Of a DNA stretch of 64,000 nucleotides, positions 37,579-59,230 are shown piece after piece. Position 1 is the stretch's first letter. Every line of letters begins with the position of its first letter. The stretch lies in NCBI RefSeq assembly GCF_009914755.1, contig NC_060925.1. One strand, given 5' to 3'. This DNA comes from the human T2T-CHM13v2.0 reference genome, Homo sapiens. Under the pieces are notes generated by a model, which was given only the letters and a program-made list of their open reading frames with translations, searched no databases and was not told the DNA's origin. A program made the position numbers and the translations under genes.

Positions 37579-37875
37579 GGCTGGGTGCAATGGCTCATAC
37601 CTATAATCCAAGCAATTTGGGAGGACAAGGCTAGGGGATCACTTGAGCTAAGGAGTTTGAGACCAGCCTGGATAATACAGCAAAACCCTATCTATCTCCA
37701 CAGAAAATACAAAAATTAGCTGAATGTGGTAGCGTGCACCTGTAGTCCCAGCTACTTGAAAGGCTAGGGTGGGAGGGTAACTTGAATCCAGAAAGTGGAA
37801 GTTTCAGGGAGCCAAGATTGTGCCACTGCACTCTAGCCTGAGTGACAGAGCCAGATCTTTTCTCAAAAAAAGAAA
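37579..37875 (+). mobile_element. AluJ
   Basis: GGCTGGGTGCAATGGCTCATACCTATAATCC...; highly diverged dimer. Confidence 0.88.
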
Positions 37876-37934
37876 TTGTGTATGTCTTACTGATTGTTTT
37901 TACTTTGTCAATGTAAAAAATTCATTTTAGGCAG

Positions 37935-38260
37935 TGTGTTAGGCTGTTCTTTTATTGCTATAAAGAAATACCTGAGATTGAATAATTAATAAAGAGGTTT
38001 AATTGGCTTATGGTTCTGCAGACTGTACAAGCATGGCACTGGCATCTGCTCAGCTTCTGGGGAGGCTTCAGGGAGCTTTTACTTAAGGTGAAAGGCAAAG
38101 CAAGAGCAGGCATATCACATGGCAGAAGCAGAGGCAAGAGAAAGAGTGGGGTGGGGGAGGTGCCACAGTTTACAACACCTCCCACCAGGCCCCACTTGCA
38201 ACACTGGGAATTGCAATTTAACATGAAATTTTGGCAGGGACACATATCCAAACTATATCA
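37935..38260 (-). mobile_element. MST (MSTA/B) solo LTR with internal deletion
   Basis: TGTGTTAGGCTGTTCT...GGCATCTGCTCAGCTTCTGGGGAGGC...ATCCAAACTATATCA; TSD GGCAG/GACAG. Confidence 0.88.
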
Positions 38261-41200
38261 GACAGCTTATGAAAAAACAAATATGATATGGTAAAAACAA
38301 CTTACCAAAGAAAAATAAATGGAGACATAATAAGGAGGAAAGAAGAAAACTATACAGAGAACTATTTGTGGTGGAATGGCAATTGATTATGAAACTTATT
38401 TCTGACCTTTTTAGCAGCTAGACAAAGAGGAATCAATATCAGTACTTTAGGGAAAAAGAAAAATATGTTCATAGATTCATAAGGTCGAGGCAAGCCACCT
38501 GTCTTATAATGTTACTTAAGTGGAACTAAAATAAAGCTCATAAATTATGTACTTCTTATGTTTGTGGCTCTTATAAAAATATAAAACTAGAAAAATAAAT
38601 ATATAGATACCAGGGCAAGATGTCCAATTAGAAGCAGCTGTGGTACCTGGCACTCATGGAGAGGAATGAAAGGGGCGAGTGAATACAGGATCTTCAATGG
38701 AAATATCCAGGTACTCACATTGGAACTGATCAGGGAAACAACTTCACCCACAGAAAATGAAGAAAAGCAGGGTGGGGCGATGGCCCACCCAGGAGGAACA
38801 CAGAGCCAGGGGAACCCCCGACTCCCAGCCAAGGGAACTGGTGAGTGAATGTGTGGCCCTGGGAAACCATGCTTCTCCCACAAACCTTTGCAACCCTCAG
38901 AGCTTTACATATTCCAGCTCTGGGGTATTTGACAAAGGGACTGCAACTCAGGCAAGGCAGGTCCATACATACCCCTAGGAAGAGGACTGAATCCAGGGGT
39001 CTGAGCAGCGTTGGTCTGCAGGCCCCACTTCCATGGCACCTCACAAGATAAGACCCACTGGCTTGAAATTCCAACCAGCCACTAGCAACAAAGTGGAGCC
39101 TGACTGAGACTGGATGGAGCCCCCAGAAGGAGAGGCCAGTCACCATCTTTGCTGTTTGGTCGACACAGCCATTCTAGCTTGCAGGCTTTGGCAATTCCAG
39201 ATGGTCTGGATGAGGAAGGGTCCCCCTGAGCGCAGTAGAGCTGCTTTGCCAGAACATTACCAGACTGCTTCTTTAAGTTGGACCCTGATCCATTCCTCTT
39301 CATTAGGCGGGACCTCCCATCTGGGGCCTCTAGCCACCCCCAACTGCCTGTATTCTACAAACAGAGCTCTGATCTCTTCCTGGGATGGACTGCCTAGGGT
39401 GTGGGGTGGGCCAAGAACTTTGTTGTTTGGACAACTCAGCCATTCCAGCCTGTGGACTTTGGAGAGTCCAAGCCAACCAGAAAAGAGGTGGCTCCCCAGC
39501 AGATACAGCTGTTTTGTCAAGGGGTGGCCAGGCTGCTAAACTGGACTCCATCCTCTCCTCCTCACAGGGTGGATCCACCTAGCTGCGGCCTCTTGCCCCT
39601 CCTGCAGGTGTTCTATGGCCAACAGAGTTTTAATTTCTCCCTGGGATGCAATTCTAATTTCTCCCATGGGGTGGGGTGGGCCACCATCTTTATTGTTTGA
39701 GCATCTCAACCGGTCCACCCTGCGGGCCTTGGAGAGCCCAAACCAATGGGGGGCTTAAGGGGTTGCCAAAACAGTACAGCTGCTCTACCAAAACACAGCT
39801 AGACTATTTCTTTAAGTGGGTCTCTTATCTTGTCCCTCCTGACTGGGTGAGACCTCCCAACCAGGGTCCCCAACCACCCCTTATAAGTGTGTTTGAGCAC
39901 AACAGGTCAGTATACCCCTGGGATGGAGCTTCCAGAGGAAGGAGCAGGCTGCTGTTTTGTGGCCTTCCCTGTTGATACCTCAATGTACAAGCCTAGGGTC
40001 TGGAGTGGACCCCCAGCAAACCACAGCAACCCTGCAGAACAGTGGTCAGACTGTTATAAGAAAAACAAACAAACAACAACAACAATGATGACAAAATTTC
40101 ATTCAAAGGGATCAGCAACCTCAAAGATTGAAGGTAGGTAAGCCCACAAAGATGAGAAAAAAATTAGTGCAAAAATGCTGAAAACTCAAAAAGTCAGAGT
40201 GCCCCCTTCCCTCCAAATGACTGCAACACCTTCTCAGCAAGTGTTCAGAACTGGGTTGAGGCTGAGATGAATGAAATGACAGAAGTAGGCTTCAGAATGT
40301 GGATAAAACCAAACTTCACTGGGCTAAAGGAGCATGTTGTAACTCAATGCAAAGAAACTAAAAATCATGATAAAACAATGCAGGAGCTGACAGTTAAAAT
40401 AGCCCATAGAGAGAGGGACATAACTGACTTGATAGAGCTGAAAAACACTTTATAAGAACTTCACAATACAATCCCAAGTATTAATGTCAGAATAGACCAA
40501 ATAGAGGAAAGAATCTCAGAGCTTGAAAACTGTCTTTCTGAAATAAGACAGGCAGACAAGAATAGAGAAAAGAGAATGAAAAAGAATAAACAAAACCTTC
40601 GAGAAATATGGGATTATGTGAAGAGACCAAATCTACCACTGATTGGGGTACTTGAAAGAGATGGGAGAATGAAACCAGTTTGGAAAACGTATTTCACTAT
40701 ATCATCCAGGGGAATTTTCCAAACCTAGCTAGACAGGCCAACATTCAACTTCAGGAAAAGCAGAAAACCCACGTAGGATACTCCATGAAAATATCATCCC
40801 CAAGACACATAATCATCAGATTTTCCAAGGTTGAAATGAAAGACAAAATGTTAAGGGCAGCCAGAGAGAAAGGCCAGGTCACCTACAAAGGGAAGCACAT
40901 CAGACTAACAGTGCACCTTTCAGCCGAAACCCTACAAGCTCAAAAAGACTGGGGGCCAATATTCAACATTTTTAAACAAAGGAAATTCCAACCCAGAGTT
41001 TCATATCCAGCCAAACTAAGCTTCATAAGTGAAGGGGAAATAAGATTCTTTTCAGAGAAGCAAATGGTGAGAGAATTCATTACCACCAGATCTGCCTTAC
41101 AAGAGGTCCTGAAGGAAGCATTAAGTATGGAAAGGAAAAATGGTTACCAGCCAATACAAAAACACACTGAAGTGCACAGGCCAATGACACTTTGAAGCAA

Positions 41201-44200
41201 CCACATAAACAAGTCTGCAAACCAACTAGCATCAAGATGACAGGAACAAATCCACACATAATAATCCTAACCTTAAATGTAAATAGGCTAAATGTCCCAC
41301 TTAAAAGACACAGAATGGCAAGCTGGATAAAGAATCAAGACCCACTTGTATGCTGTCTTCAAGACACCCATATCACATGCAAAGACACACATAGGCTCAA
41401 AATAAAGGATGGAGAAAAATACACCAAGCAAATGGAAAACAGAAAAAAAGCAGGGTTTGGAATCACAGTTTCTGACAAAACAGACTTTAAACCAACAAAG
41501 ATTAAAAAAAAAAACAAAAAAACAAAGGCATTATATAATGGTAAAGGGTTCAATTCAACAGGAAGAGCTAATTATACTAAATATATATGCACCCAATACA
41601 GGAGCTCCAAGATTCATAAAGCAAGTTCTCAAAAACCTTCAAAGACACTTAGACTCTCACACAATAATAGTGGGAGACTTCAACAACCTACTGACAGTAT
41701 TAGACAGATTAATGAAACAAAAAATTAACAAAGCTATCAGTACCTGAACTCAACCCTGGCTCAAGTGGACTTCATAGATATCTACAGAACTCTCCACCCC
41801 AAAACAACAGAATATACATTCTTATCACCACACTGGACTTACTTGAAAATTGATCACATAATCGGAAGTAAAACACTCCTCGGTAAATGCAAAAATATCT
41901 GAACTCAGAGTTTCTAGGACCACAGCACAATCAAATTAGAACTCAAGATTAAGAAGTTCACTCAAAACCATACAACTACCTTGAAATTGGACAACTAGCT
42001 CCTGAATGACTTTTGGGTAAATGATGAAATTAAGGCAGAAATTAAGAAGTTCTTTGAAATGAATGAGAACAACAAAACAACATACCAGAATCTCTGGGAC
42101 ATAGCTAAAGACATGTTAAGAGGGAAATGTATAGCACTAAATGCCCACATCAAAATACTTAAGATCTTAAGTTAACAACCTAACATCACAGCTAAAAGAA
42201 CTAGAAACCCAAGAGCAAACAAACCCAGAGCTAGCAGAAGACAAGAAAAATAACCAAGATCAGAGCTGAACTGAAGGAGCTAGGGACATGGAAAACCCTT
42301 CAAAAATCAATGAATCCAGCTGGTTCTTTTTTTGAAAAAATTTATGAAATAGATATGCCACTAGCTAGATTAATAAAAAAGAGAAGAAAAAACAGTCAAA
42401 TAAACACAAACATAAATGATAAGGGGGATATTACCACTGACCCTAAACAAATACAAACAACCATCTGATAATACTGTAATATAAACACTTCTATGCATAT
42501 AAACTAGAAAATCTAGAAGTGGATAAATTCCTGGACACATGCACCCTCCCTTCCAAGACTGAACCAGAAAGAAATTGAATCCCTGAATAGACCAGTAATG
42601 AGTTCTGAAATTGAGGCAGTAATAAATAGCCTACCACCACCACCAACAACAACAAAAAAGTGGCCCAGGACCAGATAGATTCACAGCTGAATTCTACTAG
42701 AGATAAAAGAAAAACTGGCATTGATCCTACTGAAATGATTCCAAATAATTGAAAAGGAGAGACTTCTCCCTAAATCATTTTATGAGGCCAGCATCATCCT
42801 TATACCAAAACTTGGCAGAAATACAATTAAAACAAAAAACTTCAGGCCAATATCCTTAATGAACATCAATGCAAAAATCTTCAACAAAATACTGGCAAAC
42901 CAAATCCTGCAGCACATCAAAAAGCATATCCACCAAAATCATGTAGGCTTCATCCTCAGGATGTAAGGGTGATTCAACATATGCAAATCAATAAATGTGA
43001 TTCATTACATAAACAGAACTAAGACAAAAACCCCATAATTATCTCAATATCTGCAGAAAAGGCCTTTGATAAAATCCAACATCCCTTCCTGTTGAAAACT
43101 CTCAAAGAACTAGGTATTAATGGAACATACCTCAAAATAATGAGTCATATATGACAAACCCACAGCCAATATCATACTGAATGGGCAAAAGCTGGACATA
43201 TTCTCCTTGAAAATCAGCAAAAGCCAAAGTTGCCCTCTCTCACCACCTCTATTCAACATAGTATTGGAAGTTCTGGCCAGGGCCAGAGAAATAAAGGGTA
43301 TTTAAGAAGGAAGAGAGGAAGTCAAACTACCTTTGTTTGTAGATGACATGTTCCTATATTTAGAAAACCTCAGTGTCTCAGCCCAAAAGCTTCTTAAGCT
43401 GATGAGCAACTTCAGCAAAGTCTCAAGATACAAAATCAATATGCAGCAATCACTAACATTCTTATACACCAACTACAGGCAAACTGAGAGCCAAATCACA
43501 AATGAACTCTCATTCATAGTTGCCACAAAGAGTATAAAATAGCTAAGAATACAGCTAACAAAGGAAGTGGAGAACCTCTTCAAGGTTAACTACAAACCAC
43601 TGCTCAAGGAAATCAGAGAGGACACAAACAAATGGAGAAACATTCCGTGCTCATGGATAGAAAGAATCAATATCATGAAAATGGCCATAATGCCCAAAGC
43701 AATCTATAGATTCAATGCCATTTCTATCAAACTGCCATCGATATTCTTCACAGAATTAGAAAAAAAAACACCTTAAAATTTATATGCAACAAAAAAGAGC
43801 CCAAATAGCCAAGGTAATCCTAAGCAAAAAGAACAAAGCTGAAGGCATCCCACTACCTGACTTCAAACTATACTATAGGGATACAGTAACCAAAACAGCA
43901 TGGTACTGGTACAAGAACAGACACATAGACCAATGGAACAGAATAGAGAACCCAGAAATAAGGCCATACACCTATGACCATCTGATCTTCAACAAACCTG
44001 ACAAAAACAAGCAATGGGCAAAAGATTCCTTATTTAATGAACGGTGATGGCAGAACTGGCTAGCCATATACAGAAAATTGAAACTGGACTTCTTTCTTAC
44101 ACCATATACAAAAATCAACTGAAGATGTATTAAAGGCTTAAATGTAAAACCCAAAACTATGAAAACCCTAGAAGAAAACCTAGGCAATACCATTCAGGGC

Positions 44201-44727
44201 ATAGGCATGGGCAAAGATTTCATGATGAAGATGCCAAAAGCAATTGCAACAAAAGCAAAAATTAACAAATGGGATCTAATTAAACTTAAGAACTTCTGCC
44301 CAGCAAAAGAAACTGTCAACAGAGTAAACAGATAACCTACAGATTAGGAAAACATTTGTCAAATCTATGTATCTGATAAAGGTCTAATATCCAGCATCTA
44401 TAAGAAACTTAAACAAATTTACAAGAAAAAACCCAACCACAGTAAAAAGTGGGCAAAAGACATGAACAGACACTTCTTAAAAGAAGGTATGTATGTGGCC
44501 AACAAACATGAAAAAAAGCTCTACATCACCAGTCATTAGAGAGATGCAAATCAAAACCACAATGAGATACACCATCTCACACCAGGCAGAATGGCTATTA
44601 CTAAAAAGTCAAAAAACAACAGATGTTGGTGAGGTAGTGGAGAAAAATGAATGCTTTTACCCTGTTGGTGGGGGTGTAAATTAGTACAACCATTGTGGAA
44701 GACAGTGTGGTGATTCTTTAAAGACCT

Positions 44728-48069
<3,342 letters not shown>

Positions 48070-50041
48070 GACCTAGAGACAGAAATACCATTTGACCCAG
48101 CAATCCCATTACTGGGTATATACCCAAAGGAATATAAATCATTCTCTTATGAAGACACATGCATGTGTATGTTCACTGCAGCCCTATTCACAATAGCAAA
48201 GATATGGAATCAACCTAAATACCCATCAATGATAGACTGGATAAAGAAAATGTGGTACATATACACTGTGGAATACTACTATGCAGCCATAAAAAGGAAT
48301 GAGATGTTGTTTGCAGGGACATAGGTGGAGCTGGAGGCAAACGAACTCAGGAACAGAAAACCAAATACTGCATGTTCTCAGATATAAGTGGGAGTTAAAT
48401 GATGAGAACACATGGATACATAATGGGGAACAATACACTGGGGCCTGTTGGAGGGCCAGTGGGTGAGAGGAGGGAGAGGATCAGGAAGAATAGCTAATGG
48501 ATGCTGGGCTCAATACCTGGTGATGGGATGATCTGTGCAGCAAACCACCACGGCACATGTTTACCTAGGTAACAAACCTGCATAAACTGCACATGTACCT
48601 CTAAACTTAAAATAAAAGTAGGAAATTAAAAAAAGAAAAAGAAATGTATAAATTAAATATAATTCAAACAAAAATAGGAGTACATTTGGATGTTTACTGA
48701 CATTAAATGGCTGTTTACAACACAAATGTATTACTGACTACTATGGCACAGGTTCTTCTGGGTTTGGCATGCTCATATACCTATCTCTTTCTGTAGTTTT
48801 TCTCCTCTCCTTCCCCCTCCAAAAACAGGGCATAAGATGAAAAGGCAGTAATTGAAAAGACTTACCAAAAGTGTGCAGACGACACCATTATCTAGGGCTA
48901 CTGTTGTGCATTTCGATTTGAGAATATTAAAAGAAATGGGAGGAGCCAGAAACATGATTTACAGATTTGGAACTGGTTTCATACATTCCTTATTACAAAA
49001 AATATTAATCAAGAAAAGGCCTATACACTTACAAATAACAATATTCTGAAAAAACATATTTTTTGTTAACAGTATGAATCTTTTACTAATTGCTCTCTTA
49101 TGAAGACTCAATTCTTCCTTTTTTTTCTAGTACATCTACTATGAAATCTTCTTTTCTACTTTTCTTAAATTCAATGATGACACAAAATGTATGCACATGA
49201 ATCCCACTTCTATAAACTCTGAAATATATAATTTTTGTTACTAAAGACTACATACTCGTTCATCAGAAACCCATTTTTCCCTCCTTGGCCTTGAATCCTA
49301 CGATAAACTTATCAATTCAAATGTTTGGGGTAAGAATAATTAACATATAGGAAATATATGTAAATATAGTAAATGAAATCAGGAGTATCTTTAGAAGAAA
49401 TGCAAAAGTGTTTTTTCCACTTATCATTTATTATAATGGCCATCAGTGAAAATCAATGAAGTAATGAGAAAGTAAAGCTCTGTGGGGAAATTGTTAGTGG
49501 TTAGTGACTGGGTGGGCAGAGGGAAACTAGAGAATGTAGTGGTTCAGGAATGCAACTTTTAATTATTTGCTGTAATATATGGATAAAATTGTCAAAGTCT
49601 TAAAATATTGAGAAGCTAACACATTCCTTAGAGTATGGCTTTCATATAACAGCTCTGAAAAGCTGGTCTTTTGAAGAGTAAAAGCATTTAAAAAAAAAAA
49701 AGGAAAGAAAATCAATACAGCACAATTCTCTAAAGTTGGTGCTATAACCCAAGGGAAAATATCGATTCCTTGTTTTAAGCAAGAGGAGTAGGGTGATTGG
49801 GCTTCCTAAAGATGCTTTCTTGGATTAAGACTAGCACAGAGGAAAATCACATATGGTGAAACCAGAAGAGGGATCCTATACGTGTGCCCTATTTTAAGAA
49901 AACAGTCAATAGATGAGTCAGAGTGAGAGAGAAACAGTGCTGTCAACACCTCAGATGCAATCGACTGGTTTTAAGTTGGTGGATATTTTATGGATGTATA
50001 TCTTATTGTTATGCTTCTTAATTTATAATATGTTACATTTA

Positions 50042-50580
50042 TGCATTAGGTATCTATTGCTCCACAGCAAATTACTTTAAAACTTAGTGACTTAACAATA
50101 AATATTGATTATCCTCACAGTTTCTGTGGGTCAGAAATTCATGAATAGGTTGCAGTCAAGATGTTAGTCAGGACTGCAGTCATCTGAAGGTTTAAATGGG
50201 GCTGAAGGATCTGCTTTCAAGGTTACCCACTCAAATGGCTAAACGTTGGTTCTGACTATTAGAGAGAGGCTTTAGTTTCTGCCTATGCAGGCATCTTTCC
50301 AGCTGACAGAGTATCCTGGCAATGTGGTAGTTGGCTTCCTCCATGGCAAGTGATTAAAAGGCCACAAGGTAAAATCATGCAATGATATAGCCTCAAAAGT
50401 CACATAATATGTCTTCTGTTATAATCTTTTTTTCCCCCCAACTACCAATTTCTCCTTGATTATGTCATATGCTATCTGTAAGAAATGAGACAACAAATGT
50501 AACCCAATTCAGAGAAAGGGAAATTAGGCTCCAATTTCTGATGAGATTCAAAGAATTTGCCAACATATTTTAAAATAAAA
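50042..50580 (-). mobile_element. MLT1 LTR (G/H-like)
   Basis: TATCTATTGCT...AAACTTAGTGACTTAA...CTCACAGTTTCTGTGGGTCAGAAATTC...CAGTCATCTGAAGG. Confidence 0.75.
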
Positions 50581-50793
50581 ACATTCGTTTGTAAAGGTTT
50601 TAAATATTACATAACAATTTAAAAAATCCATGAGCTCAGACCTTAAGGAGAAATTGATGGGAAAAATACAATGATCTCCCAAATGAAGATCAAATATGAA
50701 TAATAAAAAAAGAATAAAAACTACTGAAAACACAGTAAGATTGGGAGAATCAAGCAAATTGAAATGTCAATGAACAAGTAATTTAAATGGATT

Positions 50794-51299
50794 TGTGGGA
50801 AATTGATTAATAGATTCAAAGATATCCAAGTCTTAATCTTTGGAAACTGTGAATGTTACCTTATGTAGTAAGGGTGACTTTGCAGATGTGATTAAATCAG
50901 GAAATTTGAGATGGGAGATTATCCTGGAGATTTCTAAATGTAACCATAAGTGTTCCTATAAAAGGAGAGCAGAGAGATATTTGACCATAGAGACAGAAAA
51001 AGAGAAGGTGATGTAATGACAAAGCAGAGATAGATTTAAAGATGGTACCCTGTTGACTTTGAAGATGGAAGAAGCAGCCAAGAAATGTCGGGAATGCAGG
51101 TCTAGAAGCTGGAAAAGGCAAATAAATGGATTATTTGCTCGAGTTTCTGGAGGGAGCACAGTCTCACCCATGCTTTGGCTGCAGCTCAGTGAAACCCCCT
51201 TCAGGCTTCTTACCTCTAGAATTGTAGATAATAAGTCGGTGTTGTTTTCAGCCATTAAATTTGCGGTAATTTGTTACAGCAGCAGTAGGAAATAACACA
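50794..51299 (+). mobile_element. MLT1D solo LTR
   Basis: CTGTGAATGTTACCTTA...ACTTTGCAGATGTGATTAA...TAATTTGTTACAGCAGCAGTAGGAAA; 5-bp TSD GGATT at 50789-50793 and 51300-51304. Confidence 0.88.
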
Positions 51300-51499
51300 G
51301 GATTAGAGAGAAATTTATAGGTAAGGAAGAGAGACAAAGAATATTTCAATTATTTATAATTACTTTGAAGAACAGAATTGAATAGATTAAAAATACAGTT
51401 TAAGAAATGTTTTCAGAACTAAAAGATTTGAATCAATAAATTAAAAAGCCATACCATATTCCAAGACATATTGTCATCATAAAAATCCATATGAGAATT

Positions 51500-51850
51500 T
51501 AAATCATTCTGGCAATCTTTGTATTTTAATTGGCAGTTAAGAACCTTTATATTTAATATAATTTTCATTATGTTTGGGTTTAAGTCTATCAGCTATTTAT
51601 TTCCTATTTGTGGGATTTGCTCTTTTTTTTTCTTCAATTACTGTCTTTGTTTAGATTGAATCTATTTTAATCTTTCATTTTGTTTTCCTATTGATCTAAT
51701 AGCTATACTTTTTGCAGCTGTTCTAGATTTTAAAATATGCATTTTTAATTTATCACAGTTCACCTTCAAGCAATATTATATCACATCATAAACAGTATAA
51801 AATTTTTACAACTGTATACTTTTATCCCCCTATCCTTTGGGCTATTTTTA
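51500..51850 (-). mobile_element. Old L1M fragment
   Basis: ATTCTGGCAATCTTTGTATTTTAATTGG...TTTAAGTCTA...CACCTTCAAGCAATATTATATCAC. Confidence 0.55.
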
Positions 51851-51854
51851 AAAA

Positions 51855-55349
<3,495 letters not shown>

Positions 55350-55350
<1 letters not shown>

Positions 55351-56540
55351 AACACTCAATAAAGACAATGGTGCAATACTTTAAAAAAATCCCAAAATAA
55401 GAAAATTGTGATTCCAGACTCATACACCAACTCATATATTATTCAAATATAAATAACATATATTTTTGACTAACAAAACAAGAATGTATAAAAGTGATTA
55501 TATTTTTTAAAAAAGCCAGCCAGGCATGGTGGCTAACATGTGTAATTACAGCTCTTTGGGAGGCTGAGGTGGGAAGGTCACTTGAGGTTAGGAGTTTGAG
55601 ACCAGCCTAGGCAATATAGAGAGGTCTTGTCTCTAATTTAAAAAATAATAATAAATAAATAAAATTCTTTTAAAAAGCCAGACAAATTTCTTTAAGTGAA
55701 TAATTGGATATTTTATATTATAAATGGGTAAGCTAAATAGCCTAGAGGTCTAGAAGATAGATCTTAAAAAATTAAACACAGAACAACATAAAGAGACCAA
55801 ATAAATAATCTAGAAATAAAAGAATATATACTTTTTATTTTTACACATAAACTATAACTGATCTGACAACAAACTTCTCAATTGTAGCAAGAGAAGCCAT
55901 AAGACAACTGAATAAAATCTTCAAAGATTTCAGAGAAATCAATTGCTACCATGTAATTTTCAGGCATACAAAAAAATTTACTGTCATTTAGATCTCACTA
56001 AAGAATCTTTAAAAGATACATTTCATTCATAAGAAAACTACTGATAGAGACCTGAAATTATGACAAAAGAAAATAGTAAATGTAGCTAAATTTAATAATG
56101 TGAGTACATATAATAATATAATAGTATCTCATTTTTGAGGTTATAAAAAGTTTAAATTACTAGAAAATTTCCAAAAAGACTAAAACAGTAGAATGAAGGA
56201 CTGAACAATAGAATGGAAATCAAGAGATAATGATTGTAGTTAAAGAATTTTAAGCTTATAAGTTGATTCCTAAAATTCTAGATTTTGGTGTTAAAATTTC
56301 TAAAGTGACCTTTAAAGTAAATAAAATAGACTGATAACCTAACTTCAGAACTAGTACATGAGAAAAAGTAGAATAAGTTCAAAAACAAAAATTAAATAAA
56401 TGAATTCAACAAATACAAAAGAACACAAGAAGGAAGATAAAACTAAAATCACGAAAATGTAAAATAAATTACAAAACAAGAAGTGTAAATGGACTCAATC
56501 ATTTAGGTAAAAGATTTTCAGACTAGAGTAAAAAAAGTTG
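55350..56540 (+). mobile_element. Very old L1ME/HAL1-like ORF1 debris (probably also 50600-50790 and 51305-51500)
   Basis: AAGACAATGGTGCAATACTTTAAA; AACTTCTCAATTGTAGCAAGAGAAGCCATAAGACAACTGAATAAAATCTTCAAAG. Confidence 0.45.
55518..55665 (+). mobile_element. FLAM / free left Alu monomer
   Basis: Single Alu left arm plus A-rich tail; TSD-like TTTTAAAAA(A)GCCAG on both sides. Confidence 0.85.
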
Positions 56541-57324
56541 AGAAAAGTTGTAGAAGGCAATGGAAACTAAATGAAATCTAATTGAATTCTTTTCATATAA
56601 TGGGATATTGAACAATCAGGACTCATGAAATACAATTATGAAGCCAACACTTTTGTAACTTGGTTTTTTAAACTTGTTCAGTAGTTTAAAGTACATTAAT
56701 CCTTTCTTTGCTGCTCAGTGAAATTCTAGGCCCACTGACTTTTATGTTTGATCGTAGGAAATAATTCTAAGATTACATTGAGTTTCAAAACATATTCCAT
56801 TCCAAGCATTAATTAACACTTCTGTATTTGTTTAAAGGTTTCATTGTAATTGGGTAGTGTTTGGGGTAGGAGGTGTGTTAGACTAGGAAAAGAAAAAAAG
56901 GAGATATCTAAATTCTTGTTTGAGTAATTTTTAAATTAAATTGATTATTTAGGCCTTACTAATATTCAGACCTGAGTGTTTTTCTTTTGGAGCCCTTTCA
57001 TGGCTTCTCTGAAAACTTGTTTTTCCCATTTCACTACAATTTTCTTAGTGCAGAATGGCTCTTCTTGAGATGATATCCTTTCATAATGTGCCCCTGATGT
57101 TACTTTCTATATTTCCTTTCTGTTAGGGTCATCTTATCCTAGCAATAAACACTCTTGGCTAGGAGTCTTTGAAAATGATCTCATACTGATATTCCAATCA
57201 TCATTTTCATGTATGATCTCTGGGACTTAGGTATCTTTTGTAGAGGACAAGTTACTAAAGCTTCCGTAGCCTTCTTTAGCTTTAGCAGACATGAAATTCC
57301 TCTCAAATAGTTTCAAAACAGCAG

Positions 57325-57887
57325 TGTGATGACAGATGCCAGCTTGTCTTGCTAGACTTCTATAGTTTTGGCTGACAAGCACACAATGAATCCGAAAAGA
57401 TTCAGAGTTTGTTATTTACAGCACAGCAGCTAGAATGACCTTCATGTTCGCATGAGTTTTCCTTTTCTTTCAAGTCCCCAGGGGGTTATCTGGATGTGGA
57501 TCCAGGTAGATTCCGCATCCACAGTGGGTCTGCATCAAAACTGAGGAACACTGATCTTCGGTAAACCCAGTCTTATAAGGGACTGCTAACAAACCCACAA
57601 ACTCCATATCCTCTCTGGAGAGAAACATTATCTATATTACCCTAGACTGTGAGCAAAAATCTCTGGGGAGAGGAGGGAGGCATCTCTATTATCCTGTGAT
57701 GTCTCTAGGAAAGATGTCTCTCTTTATTATTCATAAATGTAAATAAATTTGTTCCAGAGTGAATCTCTGTTTCTTTTCTTTCAGGGCCACTTGAAAATAT
57801 TTCTGAAAAATTAGTAATGAAGTGAATAGGTTGTTAATATCTATGAATGTAGAAACATGAAATATTCATGAAGAACTGTTTCCAACA
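57325..57887 (-). mobile_element. ERVL solo LTR (LTR40-like)
   Basis: Reverse complement begins TGTTGGAAACAGTTCTTCATGAATATTTCATGTTTCTACA, resembling the recalled LTR40 5' end; TG...CA ends. Confidence 0.6.
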
Positions 57888-58339
57888 TATTTTTTTTTCG
57901 CCTGTGGTGGCTAATGTGAGATGAGGGGAGTGGATTCCTAGCAGTGTACTGAATAACTTCAAAATCATCCTTATTAAATCATACCTACTTGTCACTCTTG
58001 ATATGTTTTGATACTCTTTGTATGCAAATGACTTTAGATATGTAAAACTAGTTCTCAGTGCATCATTTGAAAATCTAGATGTTGGTATGCCTTTTGCTTT
58101 GGAATTTCTTATCTATTTTACTTTGATCCAAACCTTTCAAATAAACAGCCTGCTACTTAAATATCAGACAAAACAGAATTTAAGACAGAGCATTATGAAA
58201 AAAAAATCAGCATACCTTGATAACAGTTTTTCTTCCCTATGAAAATACGGTACTCGACTTACATGCACTTAATATCTAGTTTTAAATATGTATAAAACAA
58301 TTGGCACATCTACATTTGGCATAATTGGCACATCTAACA

Positions 58340-59230
58340 TTTCTCAACTGATATTATGAGATTGGTAAGACCTTGATACCAAAACCAAATGAAAAAAAAA
58401 ATGAGAAAAAATTTTAGGCCCATTTCACGTAGAAATGTGCAAACATAAACAAATATTAGTGAATAGAATTTATCGAAAGGTAATCCATCATCATTGAATT
58501 GGATTTATTCTAGGAATTTAGTAGAGCTTCAGAATTAGAAAATCAAAGTATTTTACTCGAATAATTTAAAGAGCAAGAATGATGTAATCATCTCAAAATA
58601 TAAAATATAATAAAAAATTAAACACTAAATCAATAGTCTAAAAACCTCTTAGAAAGCAAATTATAGATGAGAGCTTCCTTATCCTAATAAAGGTATCTAC
58701 AAAAATTTACACCAAACATCACTTCTAAGATAATTTTGTAAAAATCAAGAACAAGACTTGGATGCCTGATATCACCACTTTAATTTAACATTTAACTAGC
58801 TACCAGTCATTTCAATAAGAAGAATAACATTTGGAATACACAGGAGAAAAACTAAATTCTTGTAGCCAATATTATTATCTATGTAAAAAAATAAATCTAG
58901 AGATAAATTATTAAAATTAATGTTTTATAAGGCTTCAAGTTAGAATATTGATATTAAGTCAATTTTGTTTTTATATCTCACCACAACTAATTAGAAAATG
59001 TAGTTTAAGGATATATCATTTACAATAGCAACAGTGTTTTGAATATAATAAAAAAGTTTAAGATTACTATGGAGAAAAATCCAAGACCTTATTAAAAGAC
59101 ATTATTAAATAATACCTGAATATAGAAAAAGATAAACAGTACTATATTAATGGGTTGAAGACTCCTTATTGTAAAGAAAGTTCAGCATGATGTTCCAAAA
59201 TGAAAAGTTAGCCAAATAGCCTGACTAGGA
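58340..59230 (+). mobile_element. Ancient L1ME ORF2 fragment
   Basis: CCTTGATACCAAAACCA, TTGGATTTATTCTAGGAAT and ATCAAGAACAAGAC..GGATGCC in L1 ORF2 order. Confidence 0.7.

Noticed and set aside
38587-40141. Dense overlapping ORFs on both strands
   Set aside because: This is GC-rich L1 5'UTR, where stop codons are rare by composition.
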